From Candidatus Multivoradales bacterium (GTDB taxonomy: Bacteria > Acidobacteriota > Thermoanaerobaculia > Multivoradales > J023): a stretch of DNA of 64,000 nucleotides. Positions 34,230 to 43,973 of this stretch are shown here, in pieces (position 1 is the stretch's first letter; the number at the start of each line of letters is the position of its first letter). The position numbers and the translations under genes are program-made. Where the stretch lies: NCBI GenBank assembly GCA_965248925.1, contig CBDFLE010000006.1:1824001-1888000 (forward strand), read 5' to 3'. Below the pieces are notes generated by a model that was given only the letters and a program-made list of their open reading frames with translations, searched no databases and was not told the origin of the DNA.

Positions 34230-36401
34230 GTGATCAACGGGGCCTTTTGGCTACTGCTGCCACTATGCTTGAGTGGGTTGCTGTGGCGTGATCGGGGCTT
34301 GGGTCGGGCTTGGTTGTGGGCGGGACTGGCGGGTCTGCTCCTGCTCTCTCCCACTTTGCTGCGCAGCGGCACTATCCCCAGCCCGGCCGGCAGCTTGGCT
34401 TCGTTGCCACCCTGGCAAGCGACCGGCGACGCGGCCAGCGGCAATCCCGAAATGCGCGACGTGACCTTCCAGGTGCAGCCGTGGTTGATCTACCTGCGGC
34501 ACGAACTGCGCGCCGGGCGACCCCCTTTTTGGAACCCCCACCATTATGCCGGCATGCCTTTCTGGTCGAACGGTTCGGCGGCGCCGCTCTTCCCGCTGCA
34601 CTTACTTTTCGCCGCCCTGCCGCTGGGCCTCGGTTTCGTGGTGCTGCCATTCGCCCGCATCGTCCTCGGCGGTTGCGGCGCTTTCTGCCTCGCCCGTCGC
34701 CTGGGCGCCAGCGAGCAAGGAGCACTGCTGCCGGCCATCGCCTACCCTCTTTCCGGCATGCTGGTGAGCTACGCCTTGTTTCCCATGGGCAATGCATTGG
34801 CCCTGGTGCCGTGGGTGCTGTGGGCGGTGGAAGGGCTGGCCAGCGCACGCGGCAGTTGGCGAGCACTGGCGGTGACCGGCGGCCTGCAATTGCTCGCCGG
34901 CCACCCCGAGACCTGTCTGCACACGGCGCTGCTCTGCGGCGTCTATCTGCTGGGCCGCGGTGCTAGCGGACGCGCTTGGGCCGGCCTGATCGGCGGCTGG
35001 ACGGCGGCCTCAGCTTTGGCGGCGGTGCAGATCGTGCCCCTGGCCAGCACCCTATTCGACAGCAGCCGCTGGCAGCACGCGGCCGAAGTAGGATCGTTGA
35101 ACTTCAGCGAGGTGGCTCCGCAGCTGCTGCGCTGGGTTTGGCCGAGCCCCTGGGGCATGCCCAGCCAGCACGACTACTGGGGTGTGTTCCCGTGGGTGGC
35201 CAGTGCGGCGTATGTCGGTATTGTCAGCTTGGTGCTGGCGGTCGCTGGCATCGCCTCGGCCCGGCACCAGGCGCCCTGGCGGGGTTTGGTAGCGCTCGGC
35301 GGCGTGGCCTTGGCGGGTGCCTATCAACTCCCCGTGGCAAGCGAGCTTCTCGGCGCCCTGCCGCTGGTCGGTCAAGCTCCGCCCCATCGATTGATCTTCG
35401 GTGTCGAGTTGACGTTGGCAGTGTTGGCGGCAGCTGGCTACGACCGCTGGCTAGGCGGTCGCCAGCGCGGGACCTTGGCGGGCGGCAGCCTGCTATTGCT
35501 GCTGATCGCCAGCGGTGGTTGGCACCTGGGCCGGCAGTGGCACGCTCGCGGCGAACTCGTCGAGCAAGCGCTGTGGGCCGTTGGCGCCCTACTGATTGCC
35601 GGCCTTCTGGCTTGGGCTAGCCGCGGTGGACTCGTCTTCCGCCAGCGGCTGGCGGCGCTCTTACCTCTGCTGCTAGCCGCCGATCTGGCGCTCGCTCACC
35701 ACCAGGCCAACTCGACTCTTGAACTCGACCGCCTCTATCCACCAACCGCCGCCATCAGTTTCCTACAAGAGCAGGACGGCCGGGTCGCTGGCCTCGGCCC
35801 GGCGCTTCATGCCAACGCAGCGATGGTCTATGACCTCTACGACCCACGCGGCGACGAGTCGATCAAGATGGAGCGCTACGAGCGCTACTACGCGGCTCTC
35901 GCCCGGCCTGAGCCGATCTACTCGCTACCGATCAGCCAGTGGCGGCAACCGCGACTCGACGATTTGGGCTTGAAATGGGTGCTCGGCGGCCCCCACCAGC
36001 CAGCCCCTGATCAAAGTTGGCAGCTGACTTACCAGGGTGAAGACGGGCGGGTCTGGCAACGCCCCACTGCCCTGCCGCTGGTGCGCTGGCAAGGATCCGC
36101 GGCTACCGCCGGCTTGCACATCGAGACGCGCCAGCCCGGCCACTGGAAACTCGCCTGGCAGAGCGCCGAGCAGCGCACGCTGGTGGTGGCGGAGTGCTGG
36201 GATCGAGGTTGGCGGGCGCGGATCGATGGCCGTGCAGTCAGCCTCGGCTTGGAGGACGACGTCTTCCTCGCCGTCGAGGTCGGCCCCGGAAAGGGCCACC
36301 TGGAGCTGATCTACCGGCCCCACGGGATCGGCCTTGGCCTGCTGCTCAGCGGCCTGGGTTTGGTGTCGTTGTGGGTATGGCGGCGACAGCCGCCGTGCTG
36401 A
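34230..36401 (+). CDS. YfhO-family polytopic membrane protein (GT-C-like)
   Basis: PFWNPH..GMPF, LLAGHPET, C-terminal GWRARIDG..LIYRP plus final TM. Confidence 0.82.
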   Translation: MINGAFWLLLPLCLSGLLWRDRGLGRAWLWAGLAGLLLLSPTLLRSGTIPSPAGSLASLPPWQATGDAASGNPEMRDVTFQVQPWLIYLRHELRAGRPPFWNPHHYAGMPFWSNGSAAPLFPLHLLFAALPLGLGFVVLPFARIVLGGCGAFCLARRLGASEQGALLPAIAYPLSGMLVSYALFPMGNALALVPWVLWAVEGLASARGSWRALAVTGGLQLLAGHPETCLHTALLCGVYLLGRGASGRAWAGLIGGWTAASALAAVQIVPLASTLFDSSRWQHAAEVGSLNFSEVAPQLLRWVWPSPWGMPSQHDYWGVFPWVASAAYVGIVSLVLAVAGIASARHQAPWRGLVALGGVALAGAYQLPVASELLGALPLVGQAPPHRLIFGVELTLAVLAAAGYDRWLGGRQRGTLAGGSLLLLLIASGGWHLGRQWHARGELVEQALWAVGALLIAGLLAWASRGGLVFRQRLAALLPLLLAADLALAHHQANSTLELDRLYPPTAAISFLQEQDGRVAGLGPALHANAAMVYDLYDPRGDESIKMERYERYYAALARPEPIYSLPISQWRQPRLDDLGLKWVLGGPHQPAPDQSWQLTYQGEDGRVWQRPTALPLVRWQGSAATAGLHIETRQPGHWKLAWQSAEQRTLVVAECWDRGWRARIDGRAVSLGLEDDVFLAVEVGPGKGHLELIYRPHGIGLGLLLSGLGLVSLWVWRRQPPC

Positions 36402-36568
36402 GCACTCAGCAAGACAACTGTGACCAGAACCTAGACGCGAGCCGAGCAAGCTCCGTAAGAACATGTCAGAAGAGCATGGCGCGGCTTTGGTCCCCGCCTG
36501 AATCTCCCCAATCCTCAAGACTCTCTCTTTCGCCCTGCTGTTGTAGGGCTTTTCTTTTGCAATCAGAG

Positions 36569-37147
36569 CTAGCCAGGAGGCGCGGCCGCCGGCCTACGGC
36601 GGTGGCTGCGCTGACGCTCTTGCAACCGCTGCCGCGCGCGGCGCTCTCGGGACCGTCCGCCGCCTTGGGCCAATTGCCGCACCCGGGCGAGAAAACGACT
36701 GAACCTCTGCCGCTGCTGGTCGTCGAGCAACTCGCGAGTCGCCACCATGTTGTCGACAAAGGCCCGCTCCTGAGCGGCGTAAGCCGCAACCAACTCATCG
36801 AGCAAGTGGTCGATACTCTGGCGATCGGACTCAGCAGCCGCGATCTCGTGGACCAACTGCTTCTGCACTTCGCGAAAATGACGGTGAGCTTGCAGCGTTT
36901 TCTGGAAAAAACGGCGCTGTTGCCTAGAAAACAGGCGCCGCTTCTCATCTTGCAAACCAAGCTCATCGGCCATTCGCCTCACAAACGGTCCGATCCGCCC
37001 CTCGATCCGTGACAACTCTTGCTCAAGGGCAAGGGACTGTCGCGGCTGGAGTTTCTGGCTTAACTTGCCAGAAGCGAAGGCCAACATGAGGCCGATGTTG
37101 ATACCCACCGACAGCAGCAGCAGAATTAACAGCCACCAACGCTTCAC
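36569..37147 (-). CDS. Periplasmic heavy-metal-sensor / Spy-CpxP-like helical protein
   Basis: LLLLSVGINIG anchor, ELGL, LLDDQQRQRF (LTxxQ-like); third gene of an ECF operon. Confidence 0.65.
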   Translation of the reverse strand: MKRWWLLILLLLSVGINIGLMLAFASGKLSQKLQPRQSLALEQELSRIEGRIGPFVRRMADELGLQDEKRRLFSRQQRRFFQKTLQAHRHFREVQKQLVHEIAAAESDRQSIDHLLDELVAAYAAQERAFVDNMVATRELLDDQQRQRFSRFLARVRQLAQGGGRSRERRARQRLQERQRSHRRRPAAAPPG

Positions 37148-37617
37148 GGCGAGTCCTTGTCAGCATCAAGCCTAGGGTCTTCGGCCAAGATTTGCCAGTA
37201 GGACTCTGCCAATCCCGGAGCGTCGAGTAGCTGGCTCAGCAAGTCGGCGTCGTAACCGGCGTCGTTGTCAGCCGCGCCACCTCCCACTGAGAACCCGGGG
37301 CCTACCACCACGTTGCCCAACAACACCCCGGCAAGCAACGCCACGGTGGCAGCCGCTCGCGCCCACCGCGGTGCGGCTGCCCAACTCCAACTGGTCTCGC
37401 CGCGCCGCGCCGCCACGACCACCTGCTGGCGCCAATGCCCCGGCAGCGGGCTCAGCGGCGCTAGCTCGAGCCCTTGCCAGGTGCCTTCGAGTTCCTGCCA
37501 CCGCAGCCGCAACTCAACGTCCATCCGCAGCCGCTGGCGCAGTTCAGCAGCCTCGGCACCACCCAACTCGTCGTGGAGAAGGCGCAGCAGCTGACGTTCG
37601 TCGATGGCTTGGTTCAT
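37144..37617 (-). CDS. Putative anti-sigma factor (single TM)
   Basis: LLHDELGGAE..LRQRL N-terminal anti-sigma-like segment, one TM, overlaps the ECF stop. Confidence 0.7.
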   Translation of the reverse strand: MNQAIDERQLLRLLHDELGGAEAAELRQRLRMDVELRLRWQELEGTWQGLELAPLSPLPGHWRQQVVVAARRGETSWSWAAAPRWARAAATVALLAGVLLGNVVVGPGFSVGGGAADNDAGYDADLLSQLLDAPGLAESYWQILAEDPRLDADKDSP

Positions 37618-38246
37618 CTGCTTCTCTTTCGACCCACCAGCGGTCTTGCCGGCTGGTCTCGGAATTCCTTGCGCAAGCGGGTCATGGCGCGGTGTAAGCG
37701 ACTCTCGACAGCGCTCTCGGTGATCTCTAGAACCGCTGCGATTTGGCGGTAACTCAATCCCTCGAAACGAGCCAATACCAACACCGCCCGTTGCCCCGCC
37801 GGCAAGCCGTCGATCATTCGCCGCGTGCGCTGCCAGCGACGCCGCGAATCGAGCCGCCGCGCCGCATCCGGCGCCGCATCGGGGGGATCGAAGGTGAGTC
37901 CCTTCTCAGCCACCCGTGGCACCTCGGCGAACGACAGAAACCGCACTACCTTGCGCCGCCGTAAGCGATTCAAGCAGTGATTGACGGCGATCCGATAAAG
38001 CCAGGTGTAAACCTTGCCCCGAGGCCGGTAGCGGCCGGCGTTGCGATAGGCTTTGAGCAGAACCTCTTGAACCGCGTCGCGCGCCTCCTCGGCATTCCCC
38101 AGCATGCGTTGGCAAAGCCTCGCCAAGCGCTCTCCGTGGCGCTCTACCAGGATCGCGAACGACTCGGCGTCGCCCTGTGCCACCCGCTCGATCAAGGGTA
38201 GATCTTGATCCACCTCGGCAGCAGCTGGCGGCTCTTCGACAGTCAT
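37614..38246 (-). CDS. ECF RNA polymerase sigma factor
   Basis: EARDAVQEVL, TWLYRIAVNHC, LPAGQRAVLVL..EGLSYRQIA..VESRLHRA. Confidence 0.93.
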   Translation of the reverse strand: MTVEEPPAAAEVDQDLPLIERVAQGDAESFAILVERHGERLARLCQRMLGNAEEARDAVQEVLLKAYRNAGRYRPRGKVYTWLYRIAVNHCLNRLRRRKVVRFLSFAEVPRVAEKGLTFDPPDAAPDAARRLDSRRRWQRTRRMIDGLPAGQRAVLVLARFEGLSYRQIAAVLEITESAVESRLHRAMTRLRKEFRDQPARPLVGRKRSR

Positions 38247-38544
38247 TGTCGCTCTACTTGTGGCCGGTCCGAGCGCCCAGGAAGCTGCGGCTCTGCAAAT
38301 AACCGTGCCGCTTGCCGAGATCTCCATGCACGGTGCAAACCGCCAACTGGTCTTTTCTTGCGGCCGATCTTCCGGCCCATGAGACCGGGGTGAAAGTCAG
38401 GCACAGGCGAGAGCGAGGGGTTTGGGGCCAGATCACGGCGCGGAATCGTGGAAATATCGATGCTATCTCAAGATTTCGCAACGCTAAGCTGGCCCCAAGG
38501 CGCCGCTCGCAGCGTGACTTGACTTTCACTACGGGCTCCCGTGT

Positions 38545-41139
38545 TCAGAGCCGGATCTGGTCGAGCCTCTCGAGAACCTCATGTGCCGCTCGCGGGCGAT
38601 CTGCGGCGGCTTTGGCCAGGCAGTGCAACACCAACTGCTCAAGATCCGGCCCCACCTCATCGCTGAGGCTGCTGAGGGCCGCCGGCTGCTCGCCGACATG
38701 CTTGGCAAAAATCTCCGCCGGGCTGCCGGCGGTGAACGGCAGCTCGCCGGTGAACATCTCGTAGAACATCACCCCGAGGGAGTAGAGGTCGGTGTGGGCG
38801 CCAGGTTCGCGACTCTGAATCTGCTCCGGCGCCAGATAGTAAGGCGATCCAACCACCTCGCCACCAGCGATGTTCTGCGGCACTGCCAAACCGAAATCCA
38901 TCCACTGTGGATTGCCGCTGGGCTCGACCAACACATTCTCGGGTTTCAGACCCAGGTGTAGTACTTTCTCCTGATGCGCCGCTGCCAGACCAGCGGTCAT
39001 GCGGCGGGCCAGCTGCAAGGCCGCCAGCAGAGGTAGACGGCTACTCTGGTCGAGCAGGTAGCGCAGATTGACCCCACGAACGTACGCGGTGGCGACAAAG
39101 GGCAAGCCATCGACTTCGGCAAAATCGAGGATGGTCTGCACATTCGGATGCTGAATACCCCGTGCTTGCAAAATCTGGCTCTTCAGCCGCTGCATCCGCA
39201 GCGGGTCGACCAACACTTCGGGACGAAGCATCTTCAGGGTCAAATAGTCGTGAGTCTCGCGATCCCGAACCTTGTAGACCACCGCCGAGCGGCCGGCTCC
39301 GAGTTGCGCCAAGACCTCGAAACGATTGCCGAGCAGTACCCCGGGGGCAATTTCAGCCATGCTCCTAGCATCACCACCGAGTGGGCTCTCCAGTGGCTGA
39401 GCCGACTGCACACCGGTCACTCGGCCGGCAATTTCGGCACTGACCAGGTAGAGGGCCTGGGTGCTGACCAGGCCCCGTTGCGGGTTGATCGTCACCTCGG
39501 CGCGCTGAAAAGCGGGTGCCAATTCGCCGTAGATCGCCGCCGACAACAGCAGATCCCCGGGAGTAGCTTCACGCAGCAGGCTTTCGAGCTGCTGCATCGG
39601 CAACCCAAGAACGGCGCTGGTTTGCCGGTCGCCCCAATTTGCCGAGCCGCTAACCACTGGACCAGAGGTCATCGCCACCAACGGCGGCTGCGGATCGTCG
39701 AAGACGTTCTCACGCTCGGTCAGCAGCAACACCACCTCGGTAGCCGCCGCCAGCGCCTGCAGAGCAGCGTCGTCGCCCTCGAAACTGGCCAGGACCCGAT
39801 GGCCGAAAACCGCCTCGGGACGCCCTCGATGGGCCGCCACTGCAGAGCCGATACGCTGCAAATCGCGGCTCAGGCGATCGACACTCTCTTCGGGATCGTA
39901 GCCCAGTTTGGGGTTGGCGAAACGGCGCATCTCGACCGCCAACAGGGCCGCATTCTTGACCCTTGGGCGCTGGATCACCTCGCTCTTAGAGGGCTCCGGC
40001 AAATGACGCGAAACATGGCTGACCAGCGATCCCAGAGCTTCTTTCTCGCGCAGATCACTCAGTAAGTCCGACAGCGAATCGGCCAAGCGGCCAACCTCGC
40101 CTTCAGCACTCGCTGGCAGCGCAAGATCGTAATGGCTGGCACGGGCCTGCTGAGCTACCGCGACGAGCTGTCGCACCGGTGCCAGAGTGCGGCGGGAGAT
40201 CAACAGCGCCGAGAGCAAGGCGCAGATCAAGCCAAGCCCACCGAGTAGCAGCAATACTCTCTGCAAATCACCTACGGCGCTCCGGCCCGTCGGCGAGGTG
40301 AGCGCCAAGAGCCCGCCGATGGGCTGTTCGACGGCATCATGCAAGGGTATCAACAAGCCTGTCCGCTGCTGCTCATCGAGCTCCAGCTCGATACCATCGA
40401 CCCGCTCGCCGCGCTCCAAGGTGCGCGACAAAGCATCCCCAGCGAGGCGCAGAGCCGGCATCAGCTGGTCGCTCTCAGCCGGCGACAGGGTGCTGGCCAA
40501 AACCCGCGGCCCAGCCGCCATCGAACTGAGAAAAACGGTGTCGAGTTGGTCGCTGCGTTTGAGCTGCCGATAGAAGGCATCGTCGATTGCGAAACCAACC
40601 AGCATGTAGCCGATAAAATCAAAGTCACGCGCCAGGGGCACCGCCAAGGTATCGAACATGCGTCCTTCGTGGGCCCAGACGCCAAAGGCCTGGTCCTCGC
40701 GCAACGCCACATCGAGTAAGGGATTGCCGGAATAGTCCTCGCCCGCGAGGTCGGGATCGTCGGTACGAATCAGGGTACGCTTGTTGCGATCGAGAACTAC
40801 CGCCAGATCAAAATGCAGCCGATTCTGATATTCCTCGACCAGATCGAGCACTTTGCGTCCGTCGCTGGCCTCGACGGCCTCGACGATGTAACGAGTCAGC
40901 GCCGGATCGGTCGAGAAGATTCTCGCCACCATGCGCAACTGCTGGTAGCGCTGCTGTTGAAAAGCGTTGTGCACCGCCAGATGGCCCGCCAATCGCTCGT
41001 CGACCCCTCCGCCAGTAGGCTTCGAGTCGAGCTGCGAGACCACCAAGTAGGCAGCGCCGAGGGTCAGAAGCAACAGCAATGCCATCCAGCCGAAGATCCA
41101 CAGCCACAGTGGAAGCCCGAACCTTTTCTTACGCGCCAC
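38545..41139 (-). CDS. Membrane receptor: TM-Cache-like-TM-HAMP + degenerate class III cyclase + pseudokinase
   Basis: Two TMs flanking a sensor domain, HAMP (PVRQL..EVGRLA), cyclase-like LLAVEMRRF..FGHRVLASF, kinase fold with HLGLKPEN, DFG, YLAPE, DLYSLG; GTG start at 41139 assumed. Confidence 0.8.
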   Translation of the reverse strand: MARKKRFGLPLWLWIFGWMALLLLLTLGAAYLVVSQLDSKPTGGGVDERLAGHLAVHNAFQQQRYQQLRMVARIFSTDPALTRYIVEAVEASDGRKVLDLVEEYQNRLHFDLAVVLDRNKRTLIRTDDPDLAGEDYSGNPLLDVALREDQAFGVWAHEGRMFDTLAVPLARDFDFIGYMLVGFAIDDAFYRQLKRSDQLDTVFLSSMAAGPRVLASTLSPAESDQLMPALRLAGDALSRTLERGERVDGIELELDEQQRTGLLIPLHDAVEQPIGGLLALTSPTGRSAVGDLQRVLLLLGGLGLICALLSALLISRRTLAPVRQLVAVAQQARASHYDLALPASAEGEVGRLADSLSDLLSDLREKEALGSLVSHVSRHLPEPSKSEVIQRPRVKNAALLAVEMRRFANPKLGYDPEESVDRLSRDLQRIGSAVAAHRGRPEAVFGHRVLASFEGDDAALQALAAATEVVLLLTERENVFDDPQPPLVAMTSGPVVSGSANWGDRQTSAVLGLPMQQLESLLREATPGDLLLSAAIYGELAPAFQRAEVTINPQRGLVSTQALYLVSAEIAGRVTGVQSAQPLESPLGGDARSMAEIAPGVLLGNRFEVLAQLGAGRSAVVYKVRDRETHDYLTLKMLRPEVLVDPLRMQRLKSQILQARGIQHPNVQTILDFAEVDGLPFVATAYVRGVNLRYLLDQSSRLPLLAALQLARRMTAGLAAAHQEKVLHLGLKPENVLVEPSGNPQWMDFGLAVPQNIAGGEVVGSPYYLAPEQIQSREPGAHTDLYSLGVMFYEMFTGELPFTAGSPAEIFAKHVGEQPAALSSLSDEVGPDLEQLVLHCLAKAAADRPRAAHEVLERLDQIRL

Positions 41140-41279
41140 CTTTGCAGTCCTCTCGGCGATGTGGAGGCCGCTGCCCGTGCTCGAAGAGAGGGCTTGGCCG
41201 GAGATTGATGAGTCGGAAAAACCGGATAGTAACTGTATCAAAAGCCGAGCCGGCGTCACCGGCCCTCACCGCCCCTCAC

Positions 41280-41762
41280 TCACTCTGCGGAGCCGTACTT
41301 GGTCACGGGTTCATTTACCGTATCAACCACTGCCAGGAAGGGATTTACCACCCGCACTGTGCCGTAAGTTCGGCGGTCTTGAAAATCCTCTGAGATCAGC
41401 TCTGGCAAGCCGTAGACCTCGGCGTAGGCCCACAGGTGAGCATCGAACCATGACAACTGGTAGGTGGCGGCGCCACGCAGAGCAGTGCGTACGATCTCCT
41501 CGTTCGGGAACAACACCGTGAATTGGGCCAAGAAGCTCTCCGCTTCGCGAAAGGCCTCATGCGGTGTTAGCAATGGGCGCCCATCGAGAGTGGCCTGCGG
41601 GCGCGAGGTGGCAGCAACGAACTCGATCACCGCCTGATGCGGCAGGCAAACGGAACCAAACTCGATGCCCTCAGCCAGCAGCCGCCGAGCAACGCGCTGC
41701 TTGTTGGGAAAACGAGGGTCGTAGCGATAGACCAGGATGTTGGTATCAATCAGAGCTGCCAC
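41280..41762 (-). CDS. PIN-domain (VapC-like) toxin
   Basis: LIDTNILVY, QAVIEF, SWFDAHLWA, SEDFQ..VVNPF. Confidence 0.9.
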   Translation of the reverse strand: MAALIDTNILVYRYDPRFPNKQRVARRLLAEGIEFGSVCLPHQAVIEFVAATSRPQATLDGRPLLTPHEAFREAESFLAQFTVLFPNEEIVRTALRGAATYQLSWFDAHLWAYAEVYGLPELISEDFQDRRTYGTVRVVNPFLAVVDTVNEPVTKYGSAE

Positions 41763-42036
41763 GGCGATAGAGTTCCTCCCGCTGCCAACCACGGTCGGTC
41801 GGCGGCTCTAGGGGCAGAGGCTGGTGGGCTTCGCGCTCATCCTGACGAGCACTCGCCTCGGCAAATAGCCGTAGCCGCTCGCTGACCTCCCTAGGTCCGT
41901 GCTGGCGACCGGGCGGAATCACCCGAATGACCGCGCCGGCGGGCTGCCATTCGATGTCGTCGCCAGGACGAATGCCGTAGCGCTCAGCGACCGCCTTCGG
42001 AATCGTAACTTGCAGTTTGCTAGTGACCTTAGACAT
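41746..42036 (-). CDS. AbrB/MazE/SpoVT-family antitoxin
   Basis: SKVTSKLQVTIPK..GIRPGD; overlaps the PIN gene. Confidence 0.9.
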   Translation of the reverse strand: MSKVTSKLQVTIPKAVAERYGIRPGDDIEWQPAGAVIRVIPPGRQHGPREVSERLRLFAEASARQDEREAHQPLPLEPPTDRGWQREELYRRGSSD

Positions 42037-42042
42037 TTCCTT

Positions 42043-42070
42043 ACTCTAACAAGGATTTGATCCTTGTCAA
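42043..42070 (-). promoter_or_regulatory. TA operon promoter with palindromic operator
   Basis: TTGACA-16-TAGAGT, 6 nt before ATG; ACAAGGAT-TTG-ATCCTTGT palindrome (42049-42067) covers the spacer and -35. Confidence 0.78.
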
Positions 42071-42259
42071 CAGGTGCCGGAACTTCGCAGCCCGCGGCAG
42101 TTACCCAACCCAGGGATCTGCTCCAGATATGGAGGGCGGACCTCTTGAGCCCGGCGGGTAGCAGCTGTTAAGATTGATGATCTGAAGTCTTTCGCCACAC
42201 CCACTACTTCTACCGCGATGCGCCGGTTCCAGCTGGTGCATCTGACGGAGGTTCTCTAC

Positions 42260-43168
42260 GTGCATACTCCCTTCCAGCGTCTGGCCGCCACCGGTTTCGC
42301 CCTCTCTCTTCTGCTCCTGGCGTTCCCATTGACCGCCCAAGATAATCTCGAAGATGTTCAGATCGAGACCACCAAGCTCGCTGACGGTCTCTACATGTTG
42401 ACCGGTGCCGGTGGCAACCTGGGGTTGTCGACCGGTGAGGACGGCGCCTTCTTGATCGACGATCAATTCGCCCCCTTGACCGAGAAGATTCAAGCGGCGA
42501 TCAGCGCCATCGGCCCGCGGAGTGTGCGCTTCGTCTTCAACACCCACTGGCACGGCGACCACACCGGCGGCAACGAGAACCTCGGCAAAGCTGGCAGCTT
42601 GATCGTCGCTCACCACAATGTCCGTGAGCGGATGTCAATCGACGGCATGCTCGCCGACCGCGACGTCGAGGCTTCACCGGCAGCGGCGCTGCCGGTGGTG
42701 ACCTTCGATAAAGACGTGACCTTTCACCTCAACGGCGAGACCATCCACGCCTTCCATGTGGCGCCGGCCCACACCGATGGCGACTCCGTGGTCCACTTTG
42801 TCAACGCCAACGTGGTGCATATGGGCGATCTGTTCTTCAATGGCCTCTACCCCTTTGTCGACGTCGACAGCGGCGGCTCGGTCGACGGTCTGATCACCGC
42901 TGTCGAGCAGATGCTTGAGATGTGCAATGCGGAGACTCAGATCATCCCTGGCCACGGGCCGTTGGCCAACCGCCAAGACCTGGTCGCCTATCACGCGCTG
43001 CTGACCAGCATTCGCTTGGCGGTAGGGGTGGAAGTCGCCGCCGGCAAGAGCTTGGAAGAGACGCTAGCCGCCGAACCTACCGCGGCTTTCGACGAAGAGT
43101 GGTCTTGGCAATTCATCGATGGCGCCAGAATCACCACGCTGATCTACCGTAGTTTGACCGAGAAGTAG
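42260..43168 (+). CDS. Secreted MBL-fold metallo-hydrolase (cyclase-like)
   Basis: Signal peptide; NTHWHGDHTGGN, AHTDGD, HMGD, IPGHG. Confidence 0.9.
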   Translation: MHTPFQRLAATGFALSLLLLAFPLTAQDNLEDVQIETTKLADGLYMLTGAGGNLGLSTGEDGAFLIDDQFAPLTEKIQAAISAIGPRSVRFVFNTHWHGDHTGGNENLGKAGSLIVAHHNVRERMSIDGMLADRDVEASPAAALPVVTFDKDVTFHLNGETIHAFHVAPAHTDGDSVVHFVNANVVHMGDLFFNGLYPFVDVDSGGSVDGLITAVEQMLEMCNAETQIIPGHGPLANRQDLVAYHALLTSIRLAVGVEVAAGKSLEETLAAEPTAAFDEEWSWQFIDGARITTLIYRSLTEK

Positions 43169-43270
43169 GTCGATCGAGCAGGCAGGCAGCCTTCGTTCCC
43201 AATGCCTTTGGTCGCCTGCAACCTCAAGGCTGGATGGCTCTGAGATCCGGCCCGCTATTTCCTCGCTTGC

Positions 43271-43906
43271 TCAAGGCATCGGCGGCCCTAGCAGCTGTTC
43301 TACCCGCGCCGTGACCATGCCTAGCGCCACCCGGTTCTCGCCCCCCTCGGGAACAATCACGTCGGCATAGCGCTTCGATGGTTCGACGAACTCCAAGTGC
43401 ATCGGTCGCACGGTTTCCATGTACTGGCGCAGAACTTCCTCCACCTCGCGTCCCCGCTCCTCGATATCGCGGCGCATGCGCCGTGCCAAACGCACATCGG
43501 CAGCAGTGTCGACATAGATCTTAAAATCCAGCAACTCGCGGACTCGCGGCTCGGCGAGTAGGAGGATTCCCTCGGCCAGAATCACCGAACGAGGGGCCGT
43601 CGGCCGAGTCTCTTCCGCACGCCGATGAGCGACGAAGTCATACACCGGCACCTCGACTCCAGTACCGGCCTTGAGGGTCTGAAGATGGTTGACGTAGAGG
43701 TCGAAATCGAGGGCATCGGGGTGGTCGAAATTGTGGCCCTGGGGCTGCTCGCCACCATGCCAGTCGATATCGTAGTAGTAGCTGTCCAGCGGCAGAAAGG
43801 CGATGCGCTGGTAGCCGACGGCATCGAGAATGGCCCGGGCAACAGTGGTCTTGCCGCTACCAGTACCCCCCGCGATACCAAGAATTACAGGCGTCAATTC
43901 AGGCAT
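43271..43906 (-). CDS. udk: Uridine kinase
   Basis: GIAGGTGSGKTT, NFDHPDA, RDIEERGR, FVEPSKRYAD. Confidence 0.95.
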   Translation of the reverse strand: MPELTPVILGIAGGTGSGKTTVARAILDAVGYQRIAFLPLDSYYYDIDWHGGEQPQGHNFDHPDALDFDLYVNHLQTLKAGTGVEVPVYDFVAHRRAEETRPTAPRSVILAEGILLLAEPRVRELLDFKIYVDTAADVRLARRMRRDIEERGREVEEVLRQYMETVRPMHLEFVEPSKRYADVIVPEGGENRVALGMVTARVEQLLGPPMP

Positions 43907-43973
43907 TGGACGATTGTATCCGAGGCGATCCTACGGCGGTGAATCCAACTCGGTTGCGGTCTCAGTAGCGGTC

